From contig NMRA01000844.1 in the NCBI GenBank assembly GCA_002633005.1, positions 1 to 46,531 on the forward strand: a stretch of 46,531 nt of DNA, written 5' to 3'. The stretch comes from Phoronis australis. Its lineage: Eukaryota > Animalia > Phoronida. Positions within the stretch are counted from its first letter, which is position 1. Each line of letters starts with the position of its first letter. Made by a program: the position numbers and the translations under genes. A model generated the notes under the pieces. That model did no database searches, was not told where the DNA came from, and was given only the letters and a program-made list of their open reading frames with translations. Positions 1 through 12,231 of this stretch are shown here, piece after piece.

Positions 1-2303
1 GCGCCATATGTATGCCAAGTACGGTACCCAAGCCGGTTAAGCGACAAGACTGACATGCGCAAGTTGTGAAAAACCGGTAAAGATTTATTTCAGTATAAAT
101 TGATTAGATTTTTTCATTATGTGAAATATACACGTAAAAGCTTCAACCGTTAAAAATATCAAAGGTCGGAAACTTAGAAACAGTCCATCCGGAAACATAA
201 AATTTGAAACATTCCCTAAACAGTTGTGAAGCGGTGTGTCGTTTTTCCTTCGATGGTTTCTTCGTCTATTTTCGTGTCTTATCTTTTGGACTGTAACAGT
301 AATAGAAACAATTCCCTGTGTTGATCACACTATTTGAAAATAACGTTGGGAACTGCTGAATTTGGTGTAAGGGCTGTATCCCAAAGGGGCAGATTTTACG
401 CGGAGACCGGCAGCGACAGAGAGTTGAACGCCGCCTGCGGGTGAGAAGACGGTCGTCTCAGTAAAAACACATTATCGATATTTGGTTGCAATTCCCGTCC
501 TTAGCCCTCAGTGTACATATACTGCATGTATTCATAAGAAAACGTTTTCCTTCAGTTGGACTTGAATTAGATTTTTGGTTGATTTTAACGGCCGGGGGCG
601 CTACTTAACTTGACCTACATGCATTTATGATGACCCACTTTGAAACTTCGGCGAGGCCCAAAAATAGACGCCTGATCACCGTGGTCGACATTTTTATCGA
701 TCGGAGCAGTAAAACTATCTTTTAAGTAACGGCGCCCTCCATCAATGTTTTGGGTAACCCAAATGATTGAGCCTAATCAAATTTGACGTTGTACACGCGC
801 CTTTAATCCACCAGCAGCTAGACTGCACACCAATATTGAAATATTGCTTCTACCGTTGAATACGGCTTCTACAGTGGTGTAGGGTTTGGCTGTACTTTCT
901 CGTATTTCACGGTTGATAATGTCACGCATACAACTTCCTAATTTCCACATATGTAAAATAAAGCAATGTGACCCGGTAACCCAGGCATTGGTTAAACGGT
1001 TTTACAAGTCATTTTACAGAACATTTCCAGATGATTTGGCTGAAATTCTCACGAATTGCTGCCTGTAAGGTTTTGCCGGCTTAGTCGAAAAGGCAATCAC
1101 TGAAATTTAGACACTTAGACATTTTGGAGAATGTTTCCTTTATACTACATAGGAATATACAGTCATCAAACCCTTTCGTCGTTATAATTTTATAAAACCT
1201 AGTATCCGTTTACTTATTATAAACTGGCAAGACGATCAGCTGTCAAGGGGCCGCTCTCCGGAGCGCCATTAAATTACTGCATTCCCGAAGTTTTTATTCT
1301 GGACTTGTAGGAGAGCTTACTTTTGGTCAGTGTTATTTCACCCTCTAGGTTTTGTACAATAATAAGTTCAAAGGGCCCTTACCTCTACCTCGACTAGTTC
1401 TACTGGAATTTCAATCACCTAAGCCTGGGCAATCCGAAGCTGGAGGTCGAAGTACATGTACGCACTTGTGCGGACCCATTTTCCAGAAAGGTGATTGGAA
1501 TTGTCGACTTCAGGTTACACTAAGGGATATTAATTTCATCGATAGGCATACGTTTTCTCACGAAAAAGCACGTAGGGGGTGCCGATATGCCTCAAGAAAA
1601 TGTCATAATGCTTAATCGTCGTGAGAGCCCTTCCAGAAGTTGGTATATGGTGCGACTCGGGAAGATCTGGGGTCTACAGAAAACCACAGTTCAACTGTGA
1701 GTCTACACCAATGTGATAAACGAGAGTAGTTCTACTTCCTGCGTCAGCTGCTGGTATGCTTATCTCTTTTATGACGCACAATGTGTGACTGGGCAAAGCG
1801 TTTTCAAAATAATGTGGATAAATCAGTGGAGTGTGAGACCCTCGAGGTCCCTGTCAAGTCCTCACGGCAATATTACGTTATGTTTTTTTAGGTGATACGC
1901 TACGTTTTTTATCTTTGGTTGTACTTTTCCTTATACCTAATTCACCTTAGGGTGTTGAACTTGTAATTTGTACAAATTGAAACTGTACAGTCTCAAAATT
2001 CAAACCATTGTATCGTAGACTGTGTTGTAAAATAACACGACGACCGCAATATATGTATATGTATAGGCGGATCAAGAGCTTTAAAAAGGCGTTCGCAATA
2101 TTAATTTTTGTTCCTATCAATGTACCCCTGGAATCAAATAGAAGATGTTTGTCAATAAAAATAACACACTTCAATCCGATTCAGGCCATCGAGAAGCAGG
2201 ACAACAAAGATGTTCACACTTACAGAAACAACACATTGAGATAGGCAAACCATTCCAAAGAATAAAAGTTTCGATTCATTTTAAAATATCACCATCACGC
2301 ACT

Positions 2304-2422
2304 AACAACACGTGACCTACATGTAAATGGGAAACATCTAGCTGGAACAACACGTGACCTAAATGGGAAACATCTAGCTGGAACAACACGTGACCTAAGT
2401 GGGAAACATCTAGCTGGAACAA
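2304..2422. repeat. 36-bp minisatellite, about 3 copies
   Basis: Unit AACAACACGTGACCTAAATGGGAAACATCTAGCTGG three times; the first copy carries an extra ACATGT. Confidence 0.9.
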
Positions 2423-3799
2423 AGTTACTCTACTGAACTGGTACATGCACTCGACGTCAGCAAAAGTCAGATTGCAATCAATTTCAATTTAATGTCTCTA
2501 TTCAATTGAATCAGGCTTTTACTGCCACGCAGTTCTGATAATACATGTAGTACATATTTATTGACAACACCACCCAAATATTAAATAGAGTTTATGACAA
2601 AGATAAATGGTCAAAAACTCTACCTGCCTGTCTTGCATGCGGCATACCCAGGTATTAATTAATGCCCTCTAAGTAACAGAAGGTTATTGTGTTTTACAAA
2701 TAAATAAGACAGACTGTAAACATGATGGTTATTCCAAAGGAGGACAGATTCAGATCGCAACAGCTAGTCAAGCTACATGACATTTGTCCCATCTCTTGAA
2801 ATCAGCAGAAGCAATCCGTCTACATTCCCAATATTTTAGCATCGTGGGGCGTAACATTCTTAGGGCACCCCTTCCTTTCTCTCCTGGACCTGGCTACATT
2901 AGTGAAGTGGTGTCCACTAGGTTAAAATGCACTACTTTGAATTGTGTAGTCACTTTTTGTTTCTTCGTTGAAACAGGACAACACGATATCGTGGGGAGAA
3001 AAAGGTCATTAAACTCCTAGAAAAAAAGAAGCAAAGTCAAATAAAAGAGAACAGAACACCTCAATTTAAGTTGGTATCTTAGCGACCAAATGAAGAAGAA
3101 CATTTATTTAGTGTTTCTGTGGTCGGTTTCTCCCCTACAAAACCAATTTATTTAAGTTTTATGTTTTATACCTCGAAAGACCAAAAAACCGTTGATTCCG
3201 AGTCTAATCTTTGTACTGGAAATCAATTTTTATTTTTGACGTTTTCGGCTATACCTTAATACAAGCTAAAGATAACTGTTAAGACTAATTCTGTGCTCGA
3301 GATTTCCTAAAAATTTTAGTTTGCGCTTGATTAACGTAGCATTAAAACTACGATTGTTTTACTCGAAATCAGATGTTGTTTCTTGAGTTCTATCTCGTCA
3401 AGTGCGAAAATTCTATAAAAACTTGTAAACGTAAAATATAACTTACTTGAGCTAAGGAGTCATAAAAATTATAAACACATTCTAAACACATTATAAACAC
3501 ATTCTAAACACATGCTGGGTTTGCATTCAAACAAGTGGCAACAATAATTTCGAATTCAATTTACAGCGCAAAAATTAAACCCCGGTCTGTTTCGAAAACC
3601 AATACATCACATTAAAAAAGATCGAAAGAAATTCGGCCAAATAATTTCAGCCAATATGACGTAATGTTGGGAAATGATATCGACCCATTTCAGCTGACCT
3701 TTTCTAGTTGAAAGTTTAGACAACTAAATACTAGCACATGAACACTTAGTTTTTTAAAAATGCTCAGACTATAACCATCTACAATTTTCTTTGTCACGA

Positions 3800-4600
3800 A
3801 TTCACCGGCCTTTGAAAAATGAGCTTGGTTAGCTTCTGACTCACACTGCCAGTGTGAAATGATACAGTGTCTAACACCATTCATTCATGTATCATAGTAC
3901 TCGCCCACCAACAACTCAAAGAAGTCTTTGTCAGTTCCATAGTGTTTTTGTAGCATTGTTCTTCGCGTGAATTATGTGGCTGTTGCCACATTCTCTTTCA
4001 TGCTATACATATTTTCTGCAAACAGCAGATTCAATTGGCAAACAAAATATGCATGCCTCTTCGCAAGATCTTTTCGGCACAGATCACTGTGTGTATAACT
4101 CCAGGGGGTTAGCACCATAAGTCCGTTGTTTTCCATCAGCTTAAGCAAGAGATAAAACTATTCAGTTGACTGGGGGTTTCCAGCAATTCCACCATGGCAC
4201 GATTGCAATAACTTTAAGAACAATAGATCCACAACATTCTCGGTGACACTGAGCTGCTCAGATGTCGCATGATCCTGCTCACTGATGCTGAATGGTGTTG
4301 GGAGCTCTTCATCTTGATGAACAACAACCCCGTGAAAAACAATATAACAATGAATGAGCCGGATGGAATAATTGTCATAAAAAGTAAATGCTCGGCGGTG
4401 AGACGCACTCGAGGCAGCAAACGGTTGACCAGTTTACACATTGTGCTGAATAACAGCTCAATCTCAATGCCATTTGGACTCGAAAAAGGTTGAAAGTGTA
4501 ACTGTTGCCACGTTATAGCAAAATTTAGACAGGTATATTCGACATTGCACTTACCTAAAGAACTGCAGCAGTCCAAATCCGTAGCGCACACAAATTCCGG
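3800..4600 (-). pseudogene. Decayed P-element/THAP9-like transposase, C-terminal fragment
   Basis: Minus-strand pieces in the expected order: IELLFS (cf. SQDHLELLFS), VSRIMRHLSSSVS (cf. GxVVRxLxxxLxCxxC), NNGLMVLTPGVIHTVICAEKILR (cf. GGLxxPSxxVxxxCxxxEKxFR) and SQKLTKLI/FKGR-stop (cf. RQKLTKLILFKxQ). Frameshifted; boundaries approximate. Confidence 0.45.
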
Positions 4601-6143
4601 CCAATATCCAATGCAGAAGAGTGCTTGGAACGCAAACCGCTTTCAGAACCTGACTCCAACAAAATCTCACCAGGCTTGCTTCGTAGAGCACCTTGCACCC
4701 AATTTTCCACAAATAATCATCTTTAGGAAACATGCAACAAGAAATACCAAAGCGTAAACAATTCACATAGAAAATTAGTTAAACGACTACTGATACAGCA
4801 AAAATGTACTGGCAGAATGAATCCTTTCAAGATTACTAAACATTAGTTCAGGAAGGACTTTTTGTTTATTTATTCCCAAAAGTGTCTCATAAACTGCAGT
4901 AAACAGTGTTACAGTCTCACTGACAGTAGATTGTGTGGCCATCATAAGCCTTGGGCAAACGAACGAAGGACTGCTCGAACAAAATATTTGATTACAGTTG
5001 CATTTCTCCTAGTTAGTTGGAAGGAATGAAAGAGATAGACGGCCTTCTAATGTGTCCTTCTATGCATGAAAGTGTACTTATAGCATCGTTCTTTCGATGG
5101 TTTAATCAATGTGAGGCGCAAATTGCAGACACGCTTCCAACATACATGTATGAAGGCCCTGTGGCGGTGTCACCGTCTCTACTACTAAATACAGGCTGTG
5201 GCACTGTCTAAAACAACAAAAGAGGCGGGTGTTTTTTTGTAAGGTAGAGTGAAATTACTTCAATACAACAATGTTACAATGGTTAAATGTGCCATGACAT
5301 AAACAAATATGTATATGGAGGCATGCTGTACTGTGAAATGTGAATTAAATTCAAAGGGCAACGAGGAACTAACAGTTTACCCCTGGACAGGCTCAAATAC
5401 ATTACACAGCCTCAAATTGCACAGTCAGAGTGAACCGGACACTGCACAATTAGGGATCAACGGTCATGTAAATAATTTATATTGTCAATATTCAATCACA
5501 GAGACGCACATCAAACACGAACAATGAAATATTCTTCAGAATAGCTACCTCTAATTGTGGTGTTTTGCCCTGAAATCGAGGTGCGCGAATGTTTCCACAA
5601 TTGTTGACAGGAAGTTAACTATTTAGAGCACACGTCAAGTAGATGTCTGTTATAAAAATAGTACATTTTTCAGCCGTGTACGTGAAATTGATGGCCTCTG
5701 TGAATTTTTGAATATTGAATTCGAAAACAGAATGGCCGCCATGTTGCCCATCTTGAATCCAATCTCAACGAAAAACAATGGGCTTCGAAACATTCAGGAG
5801 TTTGAAGTCCGTGCTAATCGGATTACAACTGGGGCCTGTAGACTGAAACCAAAAAAAATAATACCAAGAAACGCAACTAAGGCGTATTTTCTGTTGTGAT
5901 ACTTGATAAGTGAACGATCTATATCAGACTTGGTCGTACCTCCAACACTAAGGTCAGTCTCCTAAAGTACCACTCTGGAGCCAGTATGCAGTATTGTATT
6001 TCTTCATTTCTGGAACTCAAATAATTTCATTTAATTGCCCTTAATTGAAAGGCTAAACAAAATATTAAAACCGTCTATTATGTTTGAGTTCAGTTTGCCT
6101 TGCATTGTACGATTGAAGCATTAGTTTACACAACTTTCTTCAG

Positions 6144-6273
6144 ACGGCCCAGATATCGGGAATGTGGTTTAACAAGACTGCAGAACTTGACGACATTCTT
6201 AAACGAGAGGAGAAGGGAATCGCTGGGGTTTCAATTGATCAACGATTCGAAAAAATGCTGTTGGATTCCGCGG
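6144..6273 (+). CDS. Astacin-family metalloprotease, propeptide exon A (internal exon, phase 0 to 1)
   Basis: ctttcttcag acceptor and G|gtaagc donor; open frame TAQISGMWFNKTAELDDILKREEKGIAGVSIDQRFEKMLLDSA; the trailing G joins CT of the next exon to give Ala. The SIDQ segment resembles invertebrate astacin propeptides. Confidence 0.65.
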
Positions 6274-6539
6274 GTAAGCATATCGATATACATAACTGTT
6301 GATCACACGAGTGTTTGAGATTGAGTGTTAGTAACGCAGACAGATCTGGGTCCGACATTTTTAAGAAAAGGTGGCTTCGTATTCTTTAGTTCGACAGGAA
6401 TGGGGTATGACCCTTGTGCACACTTGCGCAATAAACGGATCCTGTCAATTGTTAATGGATGTTTCACTACTAGCCATCTGTAATATACATACACTGTACA
6501 CACACACACACACATATATATATTTATGTATGTGTGTAC

Positions 6540-6820
6540 AGGAAATCCTACTGGATTCCTACAGGAATCCTATAGGACTTCCTTTAGGATGCAATAGGAA
6601 ATCCTATAGTAATTCTGTAGGATTCTCTAGGAATCATATAGGATATTGGACCAATTGGATTCCTATACAATTCCTAGAGAATCCTACAGAATTACTATAG
6701 GATTTCCTATTGCATCCTAAAGGAAGTCCTATAGGAACCCTGTAGGAATCCAGTAGGATTTCCTATTGGACCTTTTAGGATTTCCTATTGGATCCTATAG
6801 GAATTCCTATGGGATCCTGT
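6540..6820. repeat. Foldback/MITE-like palindrome built from TCCTATAGGA-type monomers
   Basis: 6540-~6643 is the near-perfect reverse complement of ~6661-6764; extra monomers run to ~6820; flanked by CA/TA and TG/TA microsatellites. Confidence 0.85.
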
Positions 6821-6842
6821 ATTGAGTAATTTTGTATGGGCC

Positions 6843-6863
6843 TGTGTATGTGTCTGTGCATGC

Positions 6864-6905
<42 letters not shown>

Positions 6906-6935
6906 TAAATAAATATAAATAAGTGTATACGCACA
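6843..6935. repeat. (TG)n/(TA)n microsatellite
   Basis: Imperfect TG repeats followed by a pure TA run; a CA/TA tract lies on the other side of the palindrome at ~6496-6538. Confidence 0.9.
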
Positions 6936-7242
6936 TATATTCTATTGGTGAAAGTATTGTAAAACATGTGCGCTACACTTCAATTGGGTTTTCAAAACAT
7001 GTTATCTATTTTCGATGGTCTTCAAGCTTAAGGTTGCCCTTGCAGGGGAAAAATTACTAACAAAACGAACAGTGATAGCAATCCCATTAGTGAGCAAACA
7101 AACTTTACCCACTAATCACTTCAGCGTTCTCCACTTTCCTGGATATGGTAGGAAGCTGGGTTGTGAAGTCTTAGGAGTTATTGCTGGTCTGAGTAAGTAA
7201 TAGCGTGTTCACGTTTAGTACATGTACACGAAACTATTACAG

Positions 7243-7372
7243 CTAGACTAACGGATCAAGAAAACCGGCATGGCAACGCAGAGAACACAAGGGCGGTGTT
7301 GGTGGAGAACGACATTTTGGTTACACCAGAGGAATACGTCGCTGTCTACATGGACTTCCCAGAGATAAATGG
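7243..7372 (+). CDS. Astacin-family metalloprotease, propeptide exon B (aspartate-switch motif)
   Basis: ttacag acceptor, GG|gtcagt donor; encodes RLTDQENRHGNAENTRAVLVENDILVTPEEYVAVYMDFPEING. LVENDILVT corresponds to the astacin FEGDI-type propeptide motif. Phase 1 in, phase 2 out, matching both neighbours. Confidence 0.8.
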
Positions 7373-8962
7373 GTCAGTATATATGTCTTGTGCCTTTAAT
7401 CTTGGCGTGCATTCTATTCTGTTACCGTCAGTAATAACCCATTTGCCCTAAGAGTAGCTGGTTATCATGGTATCCTATAGGCTGCAGATGGCTCAAAGCA
7501 TTTTGTGCACAGTAGGCCCTGTGTGTACTCTTATCCCATTTAAGAATCCAAGGAAGGGGAAATGACACGACTTCGGTCTCCTTAAGTATTGTTTGTAAAA
7601 CACCGTTCATTCAATTTCCTGACTAAAAATCCATGCTATGAAATACTGATGATACAAATTTCTTTAAATAAAAAGTAACTCGACAAAAAAATTATCTGAA
7701 CATTCTATGGATTTAGTAGCGTTGAATTATTGATTAGTTTTAGCATTAAAATTCTTGAGCTATATCGTATAAATAGTATATTTGCATACCTGGTAAGTCT
7801 TCAAGATAGGTCATCGCAGTCCTGTAGTTGTAAAATTAGAGGTAATTAGGCGCCCAAAACCCACCCTATCACCTTGAGCATTGAACCTAACTTAGGGTGC
7901 GCAGGCGCTATGCTCAAACGCCTAAATGTGTTCGGCTGCGCCTACGTGCCCCGACGCCCCACTGCAGCACCGGGTCATTGGCTCCTGTCTCAAGCAGTCA
8001 TAATGCGTGATTAAAATAAATTACATTTTGAGTAGGATTTAAGAACAGGAAGATATTGTGCACGCTACTATTGAGTAACTAGTAAATGAGACATGTAATG
8101 ACAGTCTTAGTTGCTGCACTTGGAACACAACAAACAAGCCTTAAGAAACTGGAATCAAATGACGAAAGAAAAACATTTTCGAATGTTAGTAGTGACGCAC
8201 ATATATTAACGTAGCCTTTGTCACTATTTTATGAATTTGGAGGTTAGTCCCGAAATCAGACTCTTATAGTTGAATATTGTGTAGACATCAAACACAAGAC
8301 CATTTATTGTGATGCAATTACGACCTGCTTGGTTTTGTGTACTTCAACATTTCGAATTGTCTTATACATTTCTACCATTTTCCGTATTTTTACACCAACA
8401 CCCATTCAACTGCTGCTCATGGATTTGACAATAGGGTGTTCTTTTTACACAAGCTTTAGGAGAAGCAAGATAAGTGCAGAGTTTCAATACGATACATTTT
8501 ATGCAGACCCAATTCTCACGTGCCCGCTCATCTTATCTGCGATTGACCAATAGGGAGAACCAAATTTTAGATAACTACACTAGACCCAAAGAGTTCGAGA
8601 TTTTATACGCAAGGTAGCGCCACCCAGTGTTAACTTTAAGCTTGGAGAGTCATTCGCATGGGTGTTACAGTGTTTTTTTTCTTGAAACATTGATGTCGTG
8701 ATGACCCATTGTGTTGTTTAATTTCAATTGATATGCAATCCGTTGACTAAAAGATACACAGAAATTACCGTCGTCGCAAAATGCACCGTAACTAAAGAAT
8801 TGCATTTAGGCTTCGTCTGTTCGGCTGTCTTAAGATCCGAGCTTAAATTTGGTCTACCACCGAGGAGTCACGTTCCTGCTTCAAACGTGATAGACAGTGT
8901 AAGTCAGTTTTTCGGTAGTTTGAGTATTTTCTTTGCAGTGGATTGATATTAACACATTTCAG

Positions 8963-9051
8963 AACAAAGAGACACAAGCGAAATGCAATCCCGAACTATT
9001 ACAGATGGCCGAATGCAGAACTACCGTACAAAATTCGTCCTAACCAGTTCT
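8963..9051 (+). CDS. Astacin-family metalloprotease, exon C (furin site and mature N-terminus)
   Basis: catttcag acceptor, T|gtgagt donor; encodes TKRHKR-NAIPNYYRWPNAELPYKIRPNQF, a basic RxKR cleavage site followed by the astacin WPxxxxPY motif. Phase 2 in, phase 1 out. Too short for the ORF track. Confidence 0.9.
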
Positions 9052-9836
9052 GTGAGTACACTGCACGCATTTGTAGTTGAATTGAGACCTGGTAGGTATA
9101 ATGTGATGCAAACTAGAGTATGAATTTGATATCGTGTGGATTTTGAAGTCCTGTCGAACGCCTAGTACAGAAGCACAAGTTGCCAGCACGAAAGCCGAAG
9201 GCCGGTCTGTTTTTTGCTTCACTCACACCATGAACCAGTGTTTACATGTACATGTATTTAGAACAAAACAAGTAAATTGACTTGTATGGATTTCAGTCTA
9301 TAAACCTAATGCTAGGACTGTGGGTCGCCTTAGTCGAAGTTTGCCCATTCTTGAATCGTTTGGGGGGATGTTAATCAAATGTGTGTGATATTCTGAGCCA
9401 GGTCAGTGATTTCCGCATTTAGTGACTGGTCTAAACGATTAACCGCAGCATTATTAATTACCATTCTATGAAAACGGCATTGATGATTATTGCTTATTAC
9501 ATAAAATATGTAACGTAAATCAACTGGCATGCGTGGTTCTAAATGATAGATGGCGCTGTTTTTGTTTACGTAGAGACTGAAGACGCATCTAGAATAAGAG
9601 CAGTAACACGAGGACCTTGCTATAATTCAAGACTTCGCGAGATAATGCCCTGCATTTTAAAAGAGAACACGTGGTTTTGGATAAATTTTAGAGAGGTTCT
9701 GGTGTTACTGAACTCACCCCTGCCTTGTTTTCTATCTGCCTTGTTCGTGCCACAGGCAAAGGAAGGCACCCAAGGTGGATATGGCCCCCTAGTGTTCAGT
9801 GCAAAAATCCTTCAACTTGTCAATAGTCATTGTAAN

Positions 9837-10872
9837 GAGGTAGTTTCCTGTATCTCAAATGTTCAGTGGTGTCTTTGACATAACTCACTAAAGCACAAAG
9901 CTTTTGTTTTCGGATTTTTGCAGAATAAACTCTACAGGAACATGAAGGCCCATCGAAATCTTCGCCCATTTTGTCTTTTTAAAATGCACTAGCTTCTCTC
10001 AAAACCAGTCATTACAAATATCAATTCTTACTCGTTTAATCTGAAAGACATTTATTTCCATTTAAATTAACCTGATAATGTAAAAGAAATGAAAGAATAC
10101 AAGAGAGTTACACGTACATTATATATATATCCTCAAGCTTAACCTCAACTGACTCCCTCAGTGGACAAAGGTCATTGGGTTCATGTTTGATACTAGCCCG
10201 GAATAACCCCGGAAAACAGCTTGTTTTCATTTGAAAGAGTTTAGACTTGGTTTCTATAACTATTTTAAGCAGACTTCTTGCCTAAAATTTTATTCAAATG
10301 GTCTGTAAACTCTGTTCGTCATTTCCAAACTATGAAAATAGACAGTTTTGCAAGACAATTTTCACTAAGGTGCAAAGTTGAGGCAAGATTTTTTATTGAT
10401 CAGTCCTTAAGACTAACTCTTTAACTGTATGTTCAAAACGTCACATAAGGCTACAAGGTTTTTTATGGCAGTAAGAAGGTCACAAAAATGGCCACTAAAA
10501 TTAGCCCCAAAAAGTGGTCTGTGGATTATCTCCCCTGTCTAGCACAAAACTGTCATAGTTTAATAAATGGCACAGAATTATGTACAGTATATGTTGGTTA
10601 TTTCAGCCACCAAAATATAGCTTTTGATCTAGTTTGTATGTTACTCATTTTTGTTGCTGAAAACATGCGATTTTTGTGACGTCTAATATGCCCAATTGTG
10701 CCAATTTGTGTTATCATGCTCCAGCGGCGAAATTATGGGTCATTGAGTGCACAAAATTTGGCATTTGGGTTTATGTTAGGATACCTACCCATGTACAAAA
10801 AATGAAGTTGTTTTAAATTTTGACGTATAGACTGATTTTTGAAAATCTACTGGTTTTTATATGGACTGTGTC
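9837..10872 (-). mobile_element. Sola3-like DNA transposon, terminal ~1-kb fragment
   Basis: Highly similar direct copy of 40889-41947; ends ...TTTTTATATGGACTGTGTC followed by TTAA; the match begins right after a single N at 9836. Confidence 0.75.
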
Positions 10873-12019
10873 TTAAATGAAACGCGACACAGACATGTTT
10901 AATGTCAATACCGGTGACGGTATCATTTGATTATTGGGCGCATTCTACCACTTCAGCTCCCCCATAGTGACCATTTTGGGAAAATCGTTTCCGAATGATG
11001 TTTGGAAAATCGTTGGATTGACTCCTCTGAAAGTCGGCACAAACGTATATGATGTTAAAGCGCCTACAACATAAACTTTTGGGCAAACATGACCATCTAA
11101 CTCCTATTGAATACTTAGGTCTTGATAAGGTTTTGTTACATGTACTTCACCTACACATTGATGTTAACTCGGTGAAGTAATATACTATTTGTACCTTAAT
11201 ACCTAGAATAATAGCTTTTGAGATGCACCTTAGCTACTTCTAATTCCCAGTTGATGCCTTTGTTACTTTAAAATACATTATGTGGAAGACCCTTCATTCA
11301 GCTTACAGTATCGCGGACAAAGGCATTTTTTAGTTTTGTGAAATTATCTCTTATAAAAGTGAGAAACACTGCTTTTAAGCTGTCGCCAACATTCACTTGG
11401 TAAACATTTGAGCGGCGTTTTGCGTAACAGGATCTGAAAATAGGCTTCGGAAGTCATAGAAAATGGCGTTGATGTACATCTTGATAAAAACTACATTGTA
11501 TCGTCAGCCCCGTTGGGTTCAATTGGGAATAACAATATTGCAAATTCCCAAAGATTGAGATGAACTCAAGGTATTATTGTCATGTCACAAGCTAGCCTTT
11601 TTACCATAATTCATGATTTTTCCAAAAAAGGCAGTAACAGAAAATGTGTCGAGTTTCCTAAAGCACAGTTAAACGTAACTTACAGTATCCTCAATTTTCT
11701 GCTGGTGCAGCATTAGAAATAATTTCTTGTTCACCTTGTATTTGTTTTTTTTTCTTTTTTAAAAATCACATCAATGCGCCTAAAGTACTATTGTAATAGA
11801 ACACATTTGCTTGGTCACAAAAACGTACCAATTTCTTAGCAACAGAACTTTCCTTGTATTCAAGTTACATGTACATCTATCAGCAGCCTTGCTGTAGACC
11901 AGGTGACGAATAAATTTAAGAAGGTCCAATTTATGAGCAGAATCTGCGACGTGAAACCCCCGTTTTGTTTGTGAAGCACAAAGTGATGTCTTTCCGAAGG
12001 GACCACAATACCTGCTTAA

Positions 12020-12231
12020 CTGCAATATGGAACGGGCAATATACAGCATAATAAATACTTGGTCTAGTCTAGTCTGCAATATGGAACGGGCAATATACAG
12101 CATAATAAATACTTGGTCTAGTCTAGTCTGCAATATGGAACGGGCAATATACAGCATAATAAATACTTGGTCTAGTCTAGTCTGCAATATTGAACGGGCA
12201 ATATACAGCATAATAAATACTTGGTCTAGTC
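12020..12231. repeat. 54-bp tandem repeat, about 4 nearly identical copies
   Basis: Unit CTGCAATATGGAACGGGCAATATACAGCATAATAAATACTTGGTCTAGTCTAGT; it explains the repetitive ORFs 11780-12211 and 12027-12329. Confidence 0.95.

Noticed and set aside
1-6143. Astacin first (signal-peptide) exon and the short ORFs in this region
   Set aside because: No candidate combined an ATG, hydrophobic core and phase-0 donor; the listed ORFs look like chance frames or TE debris.
7126-7192. Possible extra exon before exon B (A|gtaagt donor, phase-compatible)
   Set aside because: It needs a 50-bp intron, has no astacin-like or signal-peptide character, and exon A already joins exon B in phase.
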